From Planctomycetota bacterium (GTDB lineage: Bacteria > Planctomycetota > Planctomycetia > Pirellulales > JADFKK01), in the NCBI GenBank assembly GCA_022564995.1, contig JADFKK010000005.1, positions 1,352 through 65,351 on the forward strand: a stretch of 64,000 bases of DNA, in the 5' to 3' direction. Under the pieces are notes generated by a model. That model saw only the letters and a list, made by a program, of their open reading frames with translations, was not told the origin of the DNA and did no database searches. Numbering within the stretch: position 1 is the stretch's first letter; each line of letters begins with the position of its first letter. Positions 8,428-17,506 of the stretch are shown here, piece by piece. A program made the position numbers and the translations under genes.

Positions 8428-8970
8428 TTATTCGGTAAGCATCTCCAGAAACTCATCGTAGCTTAGCTGCCCTGCGAGGTGATGGTCCAGATGAAACTGC
8501 AAGTTCGTGTTCGTTATGTGAAACTGGCCCTCACCGATGTTTCCCTTGTGCTGCTTATCCGAGTATCCGATCTGTGAGCCGATGTCACCGCTCGCGATGC
8601 GGAAGATGGCGATTTGATCGGAGAAGAACAGCCCATAGTAAAGTATGTCGAATTCCGGGCGTTTGACCTGTTGAATGTTTGAGTCGAATGTCGACGTCTG
8701 CCAGGCGGAGAATGCGATCATCCGTTGCGAACTTGTCTCTTCCGCAATGCGTTGCAGCACGGTCGCTTCGGTGATCGGCGCGCGGTGCTTCTTGAGAACC
8801 GTCGAAAACTTTACTTCGACACGATGCTCCTGGGTATCGTCGAAAAGATCGTGAAAGAGCGTCTGTGATTTCTTCAGGCGGTATAACCGCTGCACGAGCA
8901 CCTCGGCAACCGTGCCAAATCGGCGAGTCCTCAGCGCGAAGATGCCGTCTCGTAATGTTTCACCATCCAT
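8428..8970 (-). CDS. putative type II restriction endonuclease (PD-(D/E)XK-like), partner of the 7426-8424 methyltransferase
   Basis: 180-aa ORF convergent with the methylase; the stops are 3 nt apart. Candidate nuclease triad E23 ... D41/D44/D45 ... E52-V-K54 (HDLFDDTQEHRVEVKFS). Spot counts give about 50% GC, lower than neighbouring genes. No family recognised. Confidence 0.45.
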   Translation of the reverse strand: MDGETLRDGIFALRTRRFGTVAEVLVQRLYRLKKSQTLFHDLFDDTQEHRVEVKFSTVLKKHRAPITEATVLQRIAEETSSQRMIAFSAWQTSTFDSNIQQVKRPEFDILYYGLFFSDQIAIFRIASGDIGSQIGYSDKQHKGNIGEGQFHITNTNLQFHLDHHLAGQLSYDEFLEMLTE

Positions 8971-9018
8971 GACGTATCCGCTGTTTTTCTTCGGTAGGTG
9001 TAGGAATCGCCTCCTACA

Positions 9019-10371
9019 TTACGCCGATTTCTCCAGCGCGCTGGCCTGATTCAGCTTGTTGTAGAGCGTCTTCAGGCTGATGCCGAGTTCTTCGGCGGCT
9101 TTGGGCTTGCTGTTGGCGTGGCGATCGAGGGTTTCTTTGATGACTTCCAACTCGATCTCGCGCAAGGTCCGTGGAGGGCCGGAAAGCTTGATCGACGGGC
9201 CGCGGCTGCGCCCGGCGGCGAACTTGCGCGGCAGATGCTCGGGCGCGATCGGACCCGAGTCGCAGAGAATCGTCGCGTGCTCGATGGCGTTGGCCAACTC
9301 GCGGACATTGCCGGGCCAGTCGTGCGCGCTGAGCGTCTGGAGCGCCTCGGGGGTAAACGACGTCTGATCTTGCGGCACGCCGCCACGAAACCGGGCGAGC
9401 AAATGTTCGGCCAACATGCCGATGTCCTCGCGCCGCTCGCGTAATGAGGGCAAATGAATTTCAAACGTGTTGACGCGAAACAGCAGATCCTCTCGGAAGT
9501 CCCCTTCCTCAACCATCAGTTCGAGATCGCGGTTCGTAGCGCATACAACCCGCACGTCGACGATGAACGACTCATTGTCTCCCACGCGGCGAATCTCGCC
9601 GTTTTCCAGGAATCGCAGCAGCTTGGCCTGCATCGCCTTGGGCAGTTCGCCGATCTCGTCTAAGAACAGCGTTCCGCCGTTGGCCACTTCGAACAGACCG
9701 ACGCGATGCTCGTTGGCGCCGGTGAAGCTGCCTTTGCGATGGCCGAACAATTCACTTTCGATCAGCGACTCGGGCAGCGCGCCGCAATTGACCGCGACGA
9801 ACGGCCGCTCGCTGCGCGGGCTTTGGTCGTGGACCGCGCGGGCGACCAATTCCTTGCCGGTTCCCGTGTCTCCGAGCACCAGCACGGTCGATCGGGTCGG
9901 GGCAACTTTGCTAATGAGTGTGCGGACCTGATGCATCGACTGCGCGTTGCCGATCAATTGCGACTTGCCCTCGAAGCGTTCCAGTCGCCGCTTGATCGCC
10001 CGATACTTGTTGGTGAGCTGCTTCTTTTCGGCCACGCGCTTGAGCAGCGATTCCAAATCAGCCAGCCGGCAGGGCTTGGTTAGATAATCGAATGCCCCGT
10101 GGCGCAGCGCGGCGACCGCCGTGTCGAGCGACGATTTGCCGGTCAATACGATCGCCTCGGTGTCGGGCGAGAGCTGCTTGGCCTTGGCGATGACGTCGAT
10201 TCCGGAGAGGCCCGGCATGTTCAAGTCGACCAGGATGCAGTCGTAGGTATTTTTTTCGAGCGCCGCGACGGCGGTCAGTCCGTCGGGGCAAACGGTCACC
10301 TCGTGACCCATGCGGGGCAGTTCGAGGCTCATTAGTCCTTGCAGCGACTCTTCGTCGTCGGCAAAGAGCAT
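9019..10371 (-). CDS. sigma-54-dependent response regulator (NtrC family)
   Basis: 450 aa. REC domain (ILVDLNMPGLSG, GAFDYLTKP). AAA+ sigma-54 interaction domain (GDTGTGKE Walker A, GSFTGA loop, ESELFGH). C-terminal Fis-type HTH (AAEELGISLKTLYNKL). Confidence 0.9.
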   Translation of the reverse strand: MLFADDEESLQGLMSLELPRMGHEVTVCPDGLTAVAALEKNTYDCILVDLNMPGLSGIDVIAKAKQLSPDTEAIVLTGKSSLDTAVAALRHGAFDYLTKPCRLADLESLLKRVAEKKQLTNKYRAIKRRLERFEGKSQLIGNAQSMHQVRTLISKVAPTRSTVLVLGDTGTGKELVARAVHDQSPRSERPFVAVNCGALPESLIESELFGHRKGSFTGANEHRVGLFEVANGGTLFLDEIGELPKAMQAKLLRFLENGEIRRVGDNESFIVDVRVVCATNRDLELMVEEGDFREDLLFRVNTFEIHLPSLRERREDIGMLAEHLLARFRGGVPQDQTSFTPEALQTLSAHDWPGNVRELANAIEHATILCDSGPIAPEHLPRKFAAGRSRGPSIKLSGPPRTLREIELEVIKETLDRHANSKPKAAEELGISLKTLYNKLNQASALEKSA

Positions 10372-10381
10372 CTTCAGGCGT

Positions 10382-12001
10382 TCATGCGGCTCGGTAGTGA
10401 TGTTGGCTCTCCTTGTGTTCTTCGGCTAACGCCAGCCGCACGCGAAACCGAGAGCCTTGCCCCGGCCCGTCGCTGCTGGCGATGATTTCTCCGTCGTGTT
10501 GTCGGACGATTTGGTAGGCGATTGACAGACCGAGGCCGGTCCCTTTGCCCGACTTGCTGTGTGTGAAAAACGGCTCGAACAGTTTTTCCAGCACCTCGTC
10601 GCTCATGCCGCAGCCGTTGTCGACGAAGCTCAACTCCGCCGTGTCGCCGTTCTGAGTGACCTCGACGTCGACTTGCCCTCCCGGTTCGAGGCTGTCCAGA
10701 GCGTTGGTCAACAAATTAAGCACGACCTGTTTGATCTCCTGCGCCGCAATGGCCGCCACAACCGAATCGCCACTGACAAGGCGGATCTGTTTATCGTGGT
10801 ATTTGTCGAGCGGGGCCACCATGTCGATTACGCCGCCGACCAAGGCCCGCAGTTCGGTTGGCTGTCGTTCCACGTCGCCCGATCGGGCAAAGTCGAGCAG
10901 CCGCTCGGTGATGTCTTTACAGCGAAACGCCTCGCTTTGGATCATCTTCAAGTATTTGCCCACCACGGCGTACTGCGGGTTGTCGTTGTCGATATCGACG
11001 CTCATGATTTCGGCGAGTCGGCTTTCGAGTGATTCGGCGCACATGGCAATCGACGCCAGCGGGTTGTTGATCTCGTGCGCTACGCCGGCGGCCAGGAAGC
11101 CCAAGCTGGCCAGCTTTTCGCTGCGCATGACCTGATTGGTTCGCTGCCGGACCTGGCTGTCCAAATCGTCGCGAATCGCCTGAAACCGTTCGGTCATGCC
11201 GTTCATCGCCGCGGCCAGTTCCGACATTTCATCGTGCGTGTCGATTTCAATGCGGTGATCGAACTCTCCGGCCGCCACCCGGCGCGAACCACGAATGAGC
11301 ACCCTCAACGGCCGGAAGACCCAACTGTGACCCAGTTTCAACAGCAGCACGACCAACAACCCCGAGGCAATGCTGGAAACCCAGGTCACCACGATCAACG
11401 CCCGGTATTCCAGCCGCACATCCGACTGCTGGTCCTGCATTCGCTTGTGCAGATGGCTAGGCAACTCAACGGTAAGCAATTGCAGATATTTCAGCTCAGC
11501 GGCCAACGCGTCGGTCTGCACCCTCTCGAACAGCCAATCTTCTTCGCGGTCGACTCGCTCGATTCGTTCCAGCGTCGTTTCGATTTTGGCCAGCGTGCGC
11601 CGCTCCCCGGTTGTGTCGCCGATGTTCGACTGTTGCTGCTCGTTCGTGTCGAGCCTCTGCCGATAGCGGGCGACCGTGTCTTGCACCGATTGAAATCGCT
11701 TGCGAAAATTCTCTCGCAGCCCGACACTCGTCACGTCGTCGCCGGCCAGCTCGAGTGGATACCGACCGATGCCCTGTGCCTGGCTGAGCGTGGCCCGCAG
11801 GTCGCTCACGTGACGGCTTAATTCGCTAGCCAGCGGCAGTTCGCCGGCTCGCTGCGAGAGGTTCTTGACCAGCCGGCGATACGAATAGACGCCGTGGAAA
11901 CCGCTGGCACTCAGCGTGCCGACGATCACCAGCAGCAGCGCGATGCCGATCAGCATCTTATATCGGATGGGCCAGGTAGACAGCAATCGAGCGACCTCCA
12001 T
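10382..12001 (-). CDS. sensor histidine kinase (HAMP-HisKA-HATPase_c)
   Basis: 539 aa. Two TM segments. H-box [12 protein letters not shown] boxes [23 protein letters not shown]. The stop lies 10 nt upstream of the response regulator start. Confidence 0.9.
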   Translation of the reverse strand: MEVARLLSTWPIRYKMLIGIALLLVIVGTLSASGFHGVYSYRRLVKNLSQRAGELPLASELSRHVSDLRATLSQAQGIGRYPLELAGDDVTSVGLRENFRKRFQSVQDTVARYRQRLDTNEQQQSNIGDTTGERRTLAKIETTLERIERVDREEDWLFERVQTDALAAELKYLQLLTVELPSHLHKRMQDQQSDVRLEYRALIVVTWVSSIASGLLVVLLLKLGHSWVFRPLRVLIRGSRRVAAGEFDHRIEIDTHDEMSELAAAMNGMTERFQAIRDDLDSQVRQRTNQVMRSEKLASLGFLAAGVAHEINNPLASIAMCAESLESRLAEIMSVDIDNDNPQYAVVGKYLKMIQSEAFRCKDITERLLDFARSGDVERQPTELRALVGGVIDMVAPLDKYHDKQIRLVSGDSVVAAIAAQEIKQVVLNLLTNALDSLEPGGQVDVEVTQNGDTAELSFVDNGCGMSDEVLEKLFEPFFTHSKSGKGTGLGLSIAYQIVRQHDGEIIASSDGPGQGSRFRVRLALAEEHKESQHHYRAA

Positions 12002-12269
12002 GTCGCAGCGCCGCGGCGAAATTCAAACGGCCGTCATGGCCACACCAGCACACCGGCGCAGGGTTCCAAACCAAGGCCCAGCAGTGTACCACCGATCGGC
12101 CTGTGAGGAAAAGATGAAACGGCCGATAGTCCGAAGTCGGGGTGCCACTAGCATGACAGCGCTGCTAGCAGCCTGGTGAAATAGTCTGTAGAAGGCGATT
12201 CCCGTCGCCGATTCCCGCTTGAGCCACCCGTTCTCCAATCTGGAGAGTTATTCTCCGGCCGCCCGTTGA

Positions 12270-14243
12270 CTACTTGAGCATTCCAATCACCGCTGCCGTG
12301 TCGGCGATTTTCTGCGGCACGGGCTTGGCCGCTGCCTTGGCCGAGGCTTGGGCCGACTTGGCCAACTCAAGGGCGGTCAGGCCCGTGCTTTGCTTGAGCG
12401 TGGCGTCGGCTTTGGCGGCCAACAACGCGGCCACCACACCCTGGTTACCGCGCCAGGCGGCTTTGTGCAGCGGCGTGTTACCGTCGGAGTCGCGAGCATT
12501 CACTTTGCCGCCGTGGGCGATGAGTGCTTTGGCCACTTCCGTTTTCCCTTGCCAGGCTGCGGCGTGCAGCGGGCTGTAGCTGCCGGAGGGCGTGTTGACT
12601 TTGGCGCCACCGGCCAGCAGCACGTCCAGCAATTTCAGATCGCCGTTCCAAGCCGCGGCGTGCATGGCGGTTTGCTTGGCCCCGTCGAGCGCGTCGGCGT
12701 CCGCCTCGCCGTCGAGCAGCAGCTTGACCACGCCCGTGTGCCCGTTCCAGGCGGCCGTGTGCAGGGCCGTGTCGCCGTCGGCGTTGCGGGCAGACAGATC
12801 CGCGTTCCGCTTGATGAGCGATCCGACGGCGCCGGCCAGCCCGTTGGTGGCGGCCCAGTGGAGCATCGTCTCGCCGCTGGCCGTTTTGAAGCTGACGTCG
12901 CGCGTCTTGGGCAGCAGCACGTCGGCGACGGCCGGGAAATTGTTCTCGACGGCCAGCCGCAACGGTGTGCGGCCTTTCTCGTCGGCCACGTTGGCGTTGG
13001 TGCCTCGACCGATCAATACATCGACGATCTTGGGATATCCCTGAGCCGCGGCGATCTGTAGCAGTTCGGTTGGCTTGGGCCGCGAGCCGCTTGTGCCCTT
13101 GGCGTTGAGCAGCATCAGCTTGGCCAGGTCTTTGGCGCCCGCCTGCTTCGCCCAGTCGGCCGAGGTCTTGCCGGTGCGATCCTTAATCGAGCCGTCGGCC
13201 CCGGCGCCGAGCAATAGATCGGCCATCGCCCGATTGCGCTGTTGGATGGTTAAACGCAGCGGGGTGTTACCATTCGTGTCGGTGGCGTTGACATTGGCCT
13301 TGGCGGCGATCAACAGCGCCGCCGTGTCGACTTTTTGCGACGAGACGGCCAGATGTAGCGGCGTGCGGCGGCTCTTATCCGCCGCGTTGACGTCCAGCTT
13401 TTCTTCCAGCAGCAGCTTGACCAGCGCTGGGCCGTTGCGATACGTCTGCGCGGCCAGATGCAAACACGTTTGTTGATACTTGGTGATTACCTTGGTGTCG
13501 GCCCCGCGATCGAGCAGCAGCTTGGCTGCTTCGATCTGGCCTTGCTGAATCGCCGCGAACAGCGGCGTGTAGCCGTTGTTGTCAGTAATATTTAGACGGG
13601 CGCCGGCCTTGAGCAGCGATTCCATCATGTCGACACGGTTGCTTTGGGATGCGTAGTGCAAGGCCGTGCGACCGCCTTTGTCCTTGGCGTCCGTATCGAG
13701 CTTCTTGGCCAGCAGCAGATCGACCACGTCCTTGTTGGCATGGTTGCACGCCACGTGCAGCAGCGACCGCTTGTAGCGATCGGTCACCTTGACGTCGGCG
13801 CCGGCGTCGATTAGCAACTGGACCAACTCCTTGCTGCGGCGCTGTACCGCGTAAAGCAGCGGTGAATAACCGTTCTTGTCCTTCGCGTCGACGTCGGCTT
13901 TCTTTTCCAGCAGCAACTTCGCCGCGTCGACGCGACCGTATATCGCGGCCCAGACCAACGCGGTGCGGCGATAGGTGTCGCGGGAGTCGACCTTGGCGCC
14001 CTTGTCGATCAGAAGCCGCATCATCGCCATCCGGTTGTTCCCGCCGTAATTCACCGCGTACAGCAGCGGAGTGTAATCGGCGTTGGCCTTCGACTCGACC
14101 AGCGACGGCTTCTCGGCCAGCAACTTGCGGGCCGTGGCTAGATCGCCCTGAATGACCGCGGTGTGAATGGCACCGGTCGGGGCGGCGGAGGCGATGGAGC
14201 AGAGCAGGAGGCCAAGGGTCGCGATGGGAATGCGTCGTTTCAT
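12270..14243 (-). CDS. secreted ankyrin-repeat protein (about 18-20 tandem ANK repeats)
   Basis: Start taken at ATG 14243 (MKRRIPIATLGLLLCSIASAAP, signal peptide). 33-aa ANK periodicity runs throughout (G.TPLH.AA..G...V.LLL..GA). The longer track ORF to 14378 runs into an inverted repeat. Confidence 0.85.
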   Translation of the reverse strand: MKRRIPIATLGLLLCSIASAAPTGAIHTAVIQGDLATARKLLAEKPSLVESKANADYTPLLYAVNYGGNNRMAMMRLLIDKGAKVDSRDTYRRTALVWAAIYGRVDAAKLLLEKKADVDAKDKNGYSPLLYAVQRRSKELVQLLIDAGADVKVTDRYKRSLLHVACNHANKDVVDLLLAKKLDTDAKDKGGRTALHYASQSNRVDMMESLLKAGARLNITDNNGYTPLFAAIQQGQIEAAKLLLDRGADTKVITKYQQTCLHLAAQTYRNGPALVKLLLEEKLDVNAADKSRRTPLHLAVSSQKVDTAALLIAAKANVNATDTNGNTPLRLTIQQRNRAMADLLLGAGADGSIKDRTGKTSADWAKQAGAKDLAKLMLLNAKGTSGSRPKPTELLQIAAAQGYPKIVDVLIGRGTNANVADEKGRTPLRLAVENNFPAVADVLLPKTRDVSFKTASGETMLHWAATNGLAGAVGSLIKRNADLSARNADGDTALHTAAWNGHTGVVKLLLDGEADADALDGAKQTAMHAAAWNGDLKLLDVLLAGGAKVNTPSGSYSPLHAAAWQGKTEVAKALIAHGGKVNARDSDGNTPLHKAAWRGNQGVVAALLAAKADATLKQSTGLTALELAKSAQASAKAAAKPVPQKIADTAAVIGMLK

Positions 14244-14314
14244 CGTATTGATCCTTTTTCGCGTGAGCGGATGGATGGCATAGAGATAGAGATGTTGTGG
14301 CGCCGGCATCCCTT

Positions 14315-14363
14315 GTGGCACCGGCGTCTCGCCGGTGATCCACGGGCGAGACGCCCGTGCCAC
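14315..14363. repeat. 19-nt inverted repeat (1 mismatch)
   Basis: GTGGCACCGGCGTCTCGCC (14315-14333) and GGCGAGACGCCCGTGCCAC (14345-14363) with an 11-nt loop, upstream of the ankyrin gene. Confidence 0.75.
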
Positions 14364-14512
14364 GAAGAAAATCGGCACAGGGAACCGTTTCTGAGACGAA
14401 CCGGCCGGGAGAAAAGTTCCGACCGCGGCGCTTCATCGTACCGTTTTTCTGCCGATTTACAGCCCCCGAAAAGCCGTTTTTGGGCCTTAAACCTCGCACG
14501 GTAATGAATGGC

Positions 14513-14597
14513 TCGTTTAACGGCAAGCCGCAGGCGACTGCGTTTCTAAGCCGGCGTCCATTCAATACGCAGTCGCCTGCGGCTTGCCGTTAAACGA
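14513..14597. repeat. 31-bp perfect inverted repeat with a 23-nt loop
   Basis: GTTTAACGGCAAGCCGCAGGCGACTGCGT (14515-14543) and its exact reverse complement (14567-14595), extended by 2 further pairs. Lies between the HemW-like gene and the ankyrin gene. Confidence 0.9.
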
Positions 14598-14612
14598 AAA
14601 AATGCGACATTT

Positions 14613-15761
14613 TCATCCGCGAGCCGTATATCTCTGGTCAGCCAGCAAGCTCGGCCAGAGACCGTCGCTGACGAACAAGCCCGCTCGGGTCAGGCGGATG
14701 CGGCCGTCGTGCTCTTCCAACATGCCATGCTTGACAAAGTCAGCCAACGCCGGGCCGGCCAATTCGTCCAACTCGAAGCCGGTCTGCTCGGCGAACTGGC
14801 GCCGGTCGACGCCCTCCAGCCGCCGCAGGGCGAAGACCAGCCGCTCGCGGGCTTTGTCTTCGGGGGGTAATTGCTCGGTTTCAGCCACCGGCGAATCGCC
14901 AGCCAGAACCCGCTTTAAGTAGGTCAGCGTGCTGCGATGATTGGTGCGCCGCACTCCGCCTGTGTGGCTGGCGGCGCCGGGGCCGACTGCGAAGTATTCT
15001 CCGCCCGTCCAATAGACCTCGTTATGCCGACAGCGGCGGCCCGGGGCGGCGAAGTTCGATACCTCGTAATGCTCCAGCCCGGCGGCCGTGAGCCGGTCAA
15101 TCGCCTCGGCGTACATGGCCCGCTCCAGTTCCTCGCCGGCCTGCCGCAGCTCGCCCCGTTTCAATCGGCTCCAGTACGTGGTGCCCTTCTCGAACGTCAG
15201 GCCGTAGGTCGAAACGTGGTCCGGCCGCAGGTCGATCGCCGTTTGTAGATCGGACTGCCAGATGTCGAGCGTCTCGTCGGGGACGGCAAAGATTAAGTCG
15301 AGACCGATGACGTCAACGGCGCCGCGCAATTGTTCGACGGCGCGATGAATCTCCTCCGGCGAGTGATCTCGCTCCAAGATCGCGAGCATCGCCGGATCGA
15401 ACGATTGCGCCCCCAAACTGACCCGGGTCACTCCGTGGCGCGAGAGCACGTCGACGATTGCCGGCCGGACGTCGCTGGGATTGGCCTCGATGCTGAACTC
15501 CCCGCCCTCGCTGAGCGGAAACCAACGAAGCACCGAGACCAGCAGCCGATCGAGCTGCCCGGGCGACAAGTGCGTCGGAGTTCCGCCGCCGAAAAACAGG
15601 GTGTCGACCGGGCGAGGCTGCCCGAGCCACGACAGTTCCTGCTCGATCGCCCGCAGGAAATCGTCGATCAAGTCGTCGCGGCCGGCCAGCAAAGTGAAGT
15701 TGCAATAGCCACAGCGATGACGACAGAACGGAACGTGGACGTAGGCGGCGCGGGGAGACAT
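14613..15761 (-). CDS. hemW: radical SAM family heme chaperone HemW-like (HemN-like, oxygen-independent coproporphyrinogen oxidase family)
   Basis: 382 aa. YVHVPFCRHRCGYCNF (CxxxCxxC) sits at the extreme N-terminus. GGGTPT and a HemN_C-like C-terminus are present. Size and the missing long HemN N-terminal region fit HemW. Confidence 0.8.
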   Translation of the reverse strand: MSPRAAYVHVPFCRHRCGYCNFTLLAGRDDLIDDFLRAIEQELSWLGQPRPVDTLFFGGGTPTHLSPGQLDRLLVSVLRWFPLSEGGEFSIEANPSDVRPAIVDVLSRHGVTRVSLGAQSFDPAMLAILERDHSPEEIHRAVEQLRGAVDVIGLDLIFAVPDETLDIWQSDLQTAIDLRPDHVSTYGLTFEKGTTYWSRLKRGELRQAGEELERAMYAEAIDRLTAAGLEHYEVSNFAAPGRRCRHNEVYWTGGEYFAVGPGAASHTGGVRRTNHRSTLTYLKRVLAGDSPVAETEQLPPEDKARERLVFALRRLEGVDRRQFAEQTGFELDELAGPALADFVKHGMLEEHDGRIRLTRAGLFVSDGLWPSLLADQRYTARG

Positions 15762-15794
15762 GGTGGGTGGCGTGTGTGACGGCGAACGCGGCGG

Positions 15795-16634
15795 CTACAA
15801 CCACAGGTGCAGGCGTCCATCGAGCATGTCGGGCAAGCGGCGGGCGACGGTTTGCTTGATCTGACTGTCGTGGTATCGCGTGCTGAAGTGGGAGGCGATG
15901 ATCAGCTCGTTCTTGAAGCGGTCCTTGCGCTCGACCACGTCGTCGAGGTGGATGTGACCATATTTGCGGATCGACTCCGGGCGATGTCCGGGGGCCACGA
16001 AGGTCATCTCCATGATCAGCACCTCGGCTTCGTACATCGCCGGGCAATCGTCCAAGCCGGCCGCCGCGCTGTCTCCCAGGTAAGCCAACCGGGGCCTGCG
16101 AGTCTCCAACGTGACCTCCTTGCCGGCGAGCCGTAGATCGCGGATTTGGTGGCCTTCGAGCCCTTGATACTCCGGCTTGAGTTTTCGACGACGCTCCCAA
16201 ACGACATATCCCAGCGAGGGCACCGTGTGTTTGGTGGCCGAGACGGTGACCACGGTCTCGCGAGACAGTTCGATCTCGTCGCCCGGTTTGGTGGGAATCA
16301 ATTCGCAAGGCAGCCGGCCACGATCGAGACGGCTGACCGCTTGCATCATCATGTTGACTCCGTCGATGGCCCCAGCCGGCAAATAAATCACCGGCGGTTC
16401 CATCTTCATCATCCGCCGCCGGGCGACATACACCGGCAGGGCCGCGATGTGGTCGAGATGCGTGTGCGAAACGAACCAAGTGTCGGTGCCCATGAACGAC
16501 CACGGCTGGGCGCCCAAATCGAAGCCGAGCTTGAGCTCCCCAATCCGCCAATAGGTTTGCACGGCCGCGCGCGAATAGCCCTCGATCGTCAGCCCGTTGT
16601 GGGTGATCGTTTTGACGGACATGTTGTCGATCAT
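15795..16634 (-). CDS. MBL-fold metallo-hydrolase (RNase Z-like)
   Basis: 279 aa. HxHxDH motif SHTHLDH. Later His/Asp ligands (ATKHTVPS, YLGDS, ASHFS). Short-form RNase Z-like length. Confidence 0.75.
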   Translation of the reverse strand: MIDNMSVKTITHNGLTIEGYSRAAVQTYWRIGELKLGFDLGAQPWSFMGTDTWFVSHTHLDHIAALPVYVARRRMMKMEPPVIYLPAGAIDGVNMMMQAVSRLDRGRLPCELIPTKPGDEIELSRETVVTVSATKHTVPSLGYVVWERRRKLKPEYQGLEGHQIRDLRLAGKEVTLETRRPRLAYLGDSAAAGLDDCPAMYEAEVLIMEMTFVAPGHRPESIRKYGHIHLDDVVERKDRFKNELIIASHFSTRYHDSQIKQTVARRLPDMLDGRLHLWL

Positions 16635-16657
16635 GGATTTGTTCCGACCTCGTCACC

Positions 16658-16715
16658 AAGCCACGACCGCCGGTCGCGCCGTGCTCGCCATAAAGCCGCG
16701 ACCGCTGGTCGCGCC
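16658..16715. repeat. two direct copies of a 23-nt palindromic unit
   Basis: AAGCCACGACCGCCGGTCGCGCC (16658-16680) and AAGCCGCGACCGCTGGTCGCGCC (16693-16715). Each contains a GCGACC/GGTCGC-type hairpin. Confidence 0.7.
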
Positions 16716-16907
16716 CTGAAAAGGGGCTTTTAGTCTAAAGATCGTCAACGGAGATGTAAAAGGGGGCGAAGGCCGGGAAAATCGAACCGAGGGACGTCAG
16801 CACGAATCCGACTTCACGACATGTCCGCAGATGGCGCAGATTTCGCAGATCAGAGGCGAACGCGACGGTTAGAGTTATCGCTGGAGGCGTTGGGGCCGCG
16901 ATCAACG

Positions 16908-16940
16908 AAAAAAGCCGCCGGATGGCGATCGTCCGGCGGC
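16908..16940 (-). terminator. rho-independent terminator of the EF-hand gene
   Basis: On the minus strand, the 9-bp perfect stem GCCGCCGGA/TCCGGCGGC (16914-16940) with a 9-nt loop is followed by a TTTTTT run (16908-16913). It lies 30 nt after the stop at 16970. Confidence 0.7.
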
Positions 16941-16969
16941 CCCTAGAGCATGTGGGTTGATGCTAAAAC

Positions 16970-17371
16970 TCAAGCGTCTTTTTTCTTCTTATTCTTCTCC
17001 TTCTTCTTCGATCCCCCCGCTTTCTTGGCCTTCTTCGACTTCTCGGCCTTCTTCGACTTCTTGGCCTTCTTTGGTTTCTTGGCCTTCTTTGGTTTCTTCT
17101 TGGCCGAGAATTCCGCCAACGTGAGGCTGCCGTCTCCGTCCTTGTCGCGCTTCTTGAATACCTTCGCGGCTCTTGCTTTTTTCTTGCCGTCTTTGCCAGC
17201 GGTAAACTCTTTCAGGCTGACCTTGCCGTCGCCGTTCGTGTCGCGTTTCTTGAACACCGCGGCGGGGTCTTTCTTTTTCTTTGCCTTGTCTTTCTTGGGC
17301 GCGGCCCATGCCGTATTCATTCCGCCCAGGGCCACCGCGACGCCCAGCATCAGCATCAATAGTCTCTTCAT
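16970..17371 (-). CDS. secreted EF-hand calcium-binding protein with poly-lysine tail
   Basis: Start at ATG 17371 (MKRLLMLMLGVAVALGGMNTAWA, signal peptide). Two canonical EF loops DTNGDGKVSLKEF and DKDGDGSLTLAEF. C-terminal roughly 45 aa are K-rich (KKPKKAKKPKKAKKSKK...). Confidence 0.75.
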   Translation of the reverse strand: MKRLLMLMLGVAVALGGMNTAWAAPKKDKAKKKKDPAAVFKKRDTNGDGKVSLKEFTAGKDGKKKARAAKVFKKRDKDGDGSLTLAEFSAKKKPKKAKKPKKAKKSKKAEKSKKAKKAGGSKKKEKNKKKKDA

Positions 17372-17506
17372 AGCCTGTTTCCCTTCCAAAAGAAGTTGCG
17401 CAATAAACACCGCTACCCGAAAGCCGTTTTCCGGGGCGGCTGGTCTATGAAGTACGATGCGCCAGGGCGGGAGATTATTTGGCCCGATGTGAGCTTGGAC
17501 GAGGGC

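Noticed and set aside
12270-14378. Longest-ORF starts for several genes: 14378 for the ankyrin gene, 25448 for pheA, 30066 for the PQQ-propeller gene, 61131 for the epimerase, 59357 for GT4, 54449 for the GlpD-like gene and 52767 for the LamG/VanZ gene.
   Set aside because: The extensions lack signal peptides or run into upstream genes or repeats. Internal starts give canonical N-termini (signal peptides, GGTGFIG, GGGIFG) and classic start/stop coupling.
14513-14597. An intrinsic terminator role for the 31-bp palindrome downstream of the hemW-like gene.
   Set aside because: On the transcribed minus strand the T-run precedes the hairpin rather than following it. It is reported as a repeat or structure instead.
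16760-16800. GGGAAAATCGAACCGAGGG, whose reverse complement reads CTCGGTTCGATTTTCCC, examined as a possible tRNA T-arm.
   Set aside because: The sequence flanking the TTCGATT loop cannot pair (CTCGG versus TTCCC), and no acceptor or other arms are present.
16950-17450. A 166-aa plus-strand ORF rich in Phe and Leu (FFFLFFSFFF...).
   Set aside because: It is the antisense reading of the poly-lysine (AAG/AAA) tail of the EF-hand gene. The minus-strand product has a signal peptide, two canonical EF loops and its own terminator.
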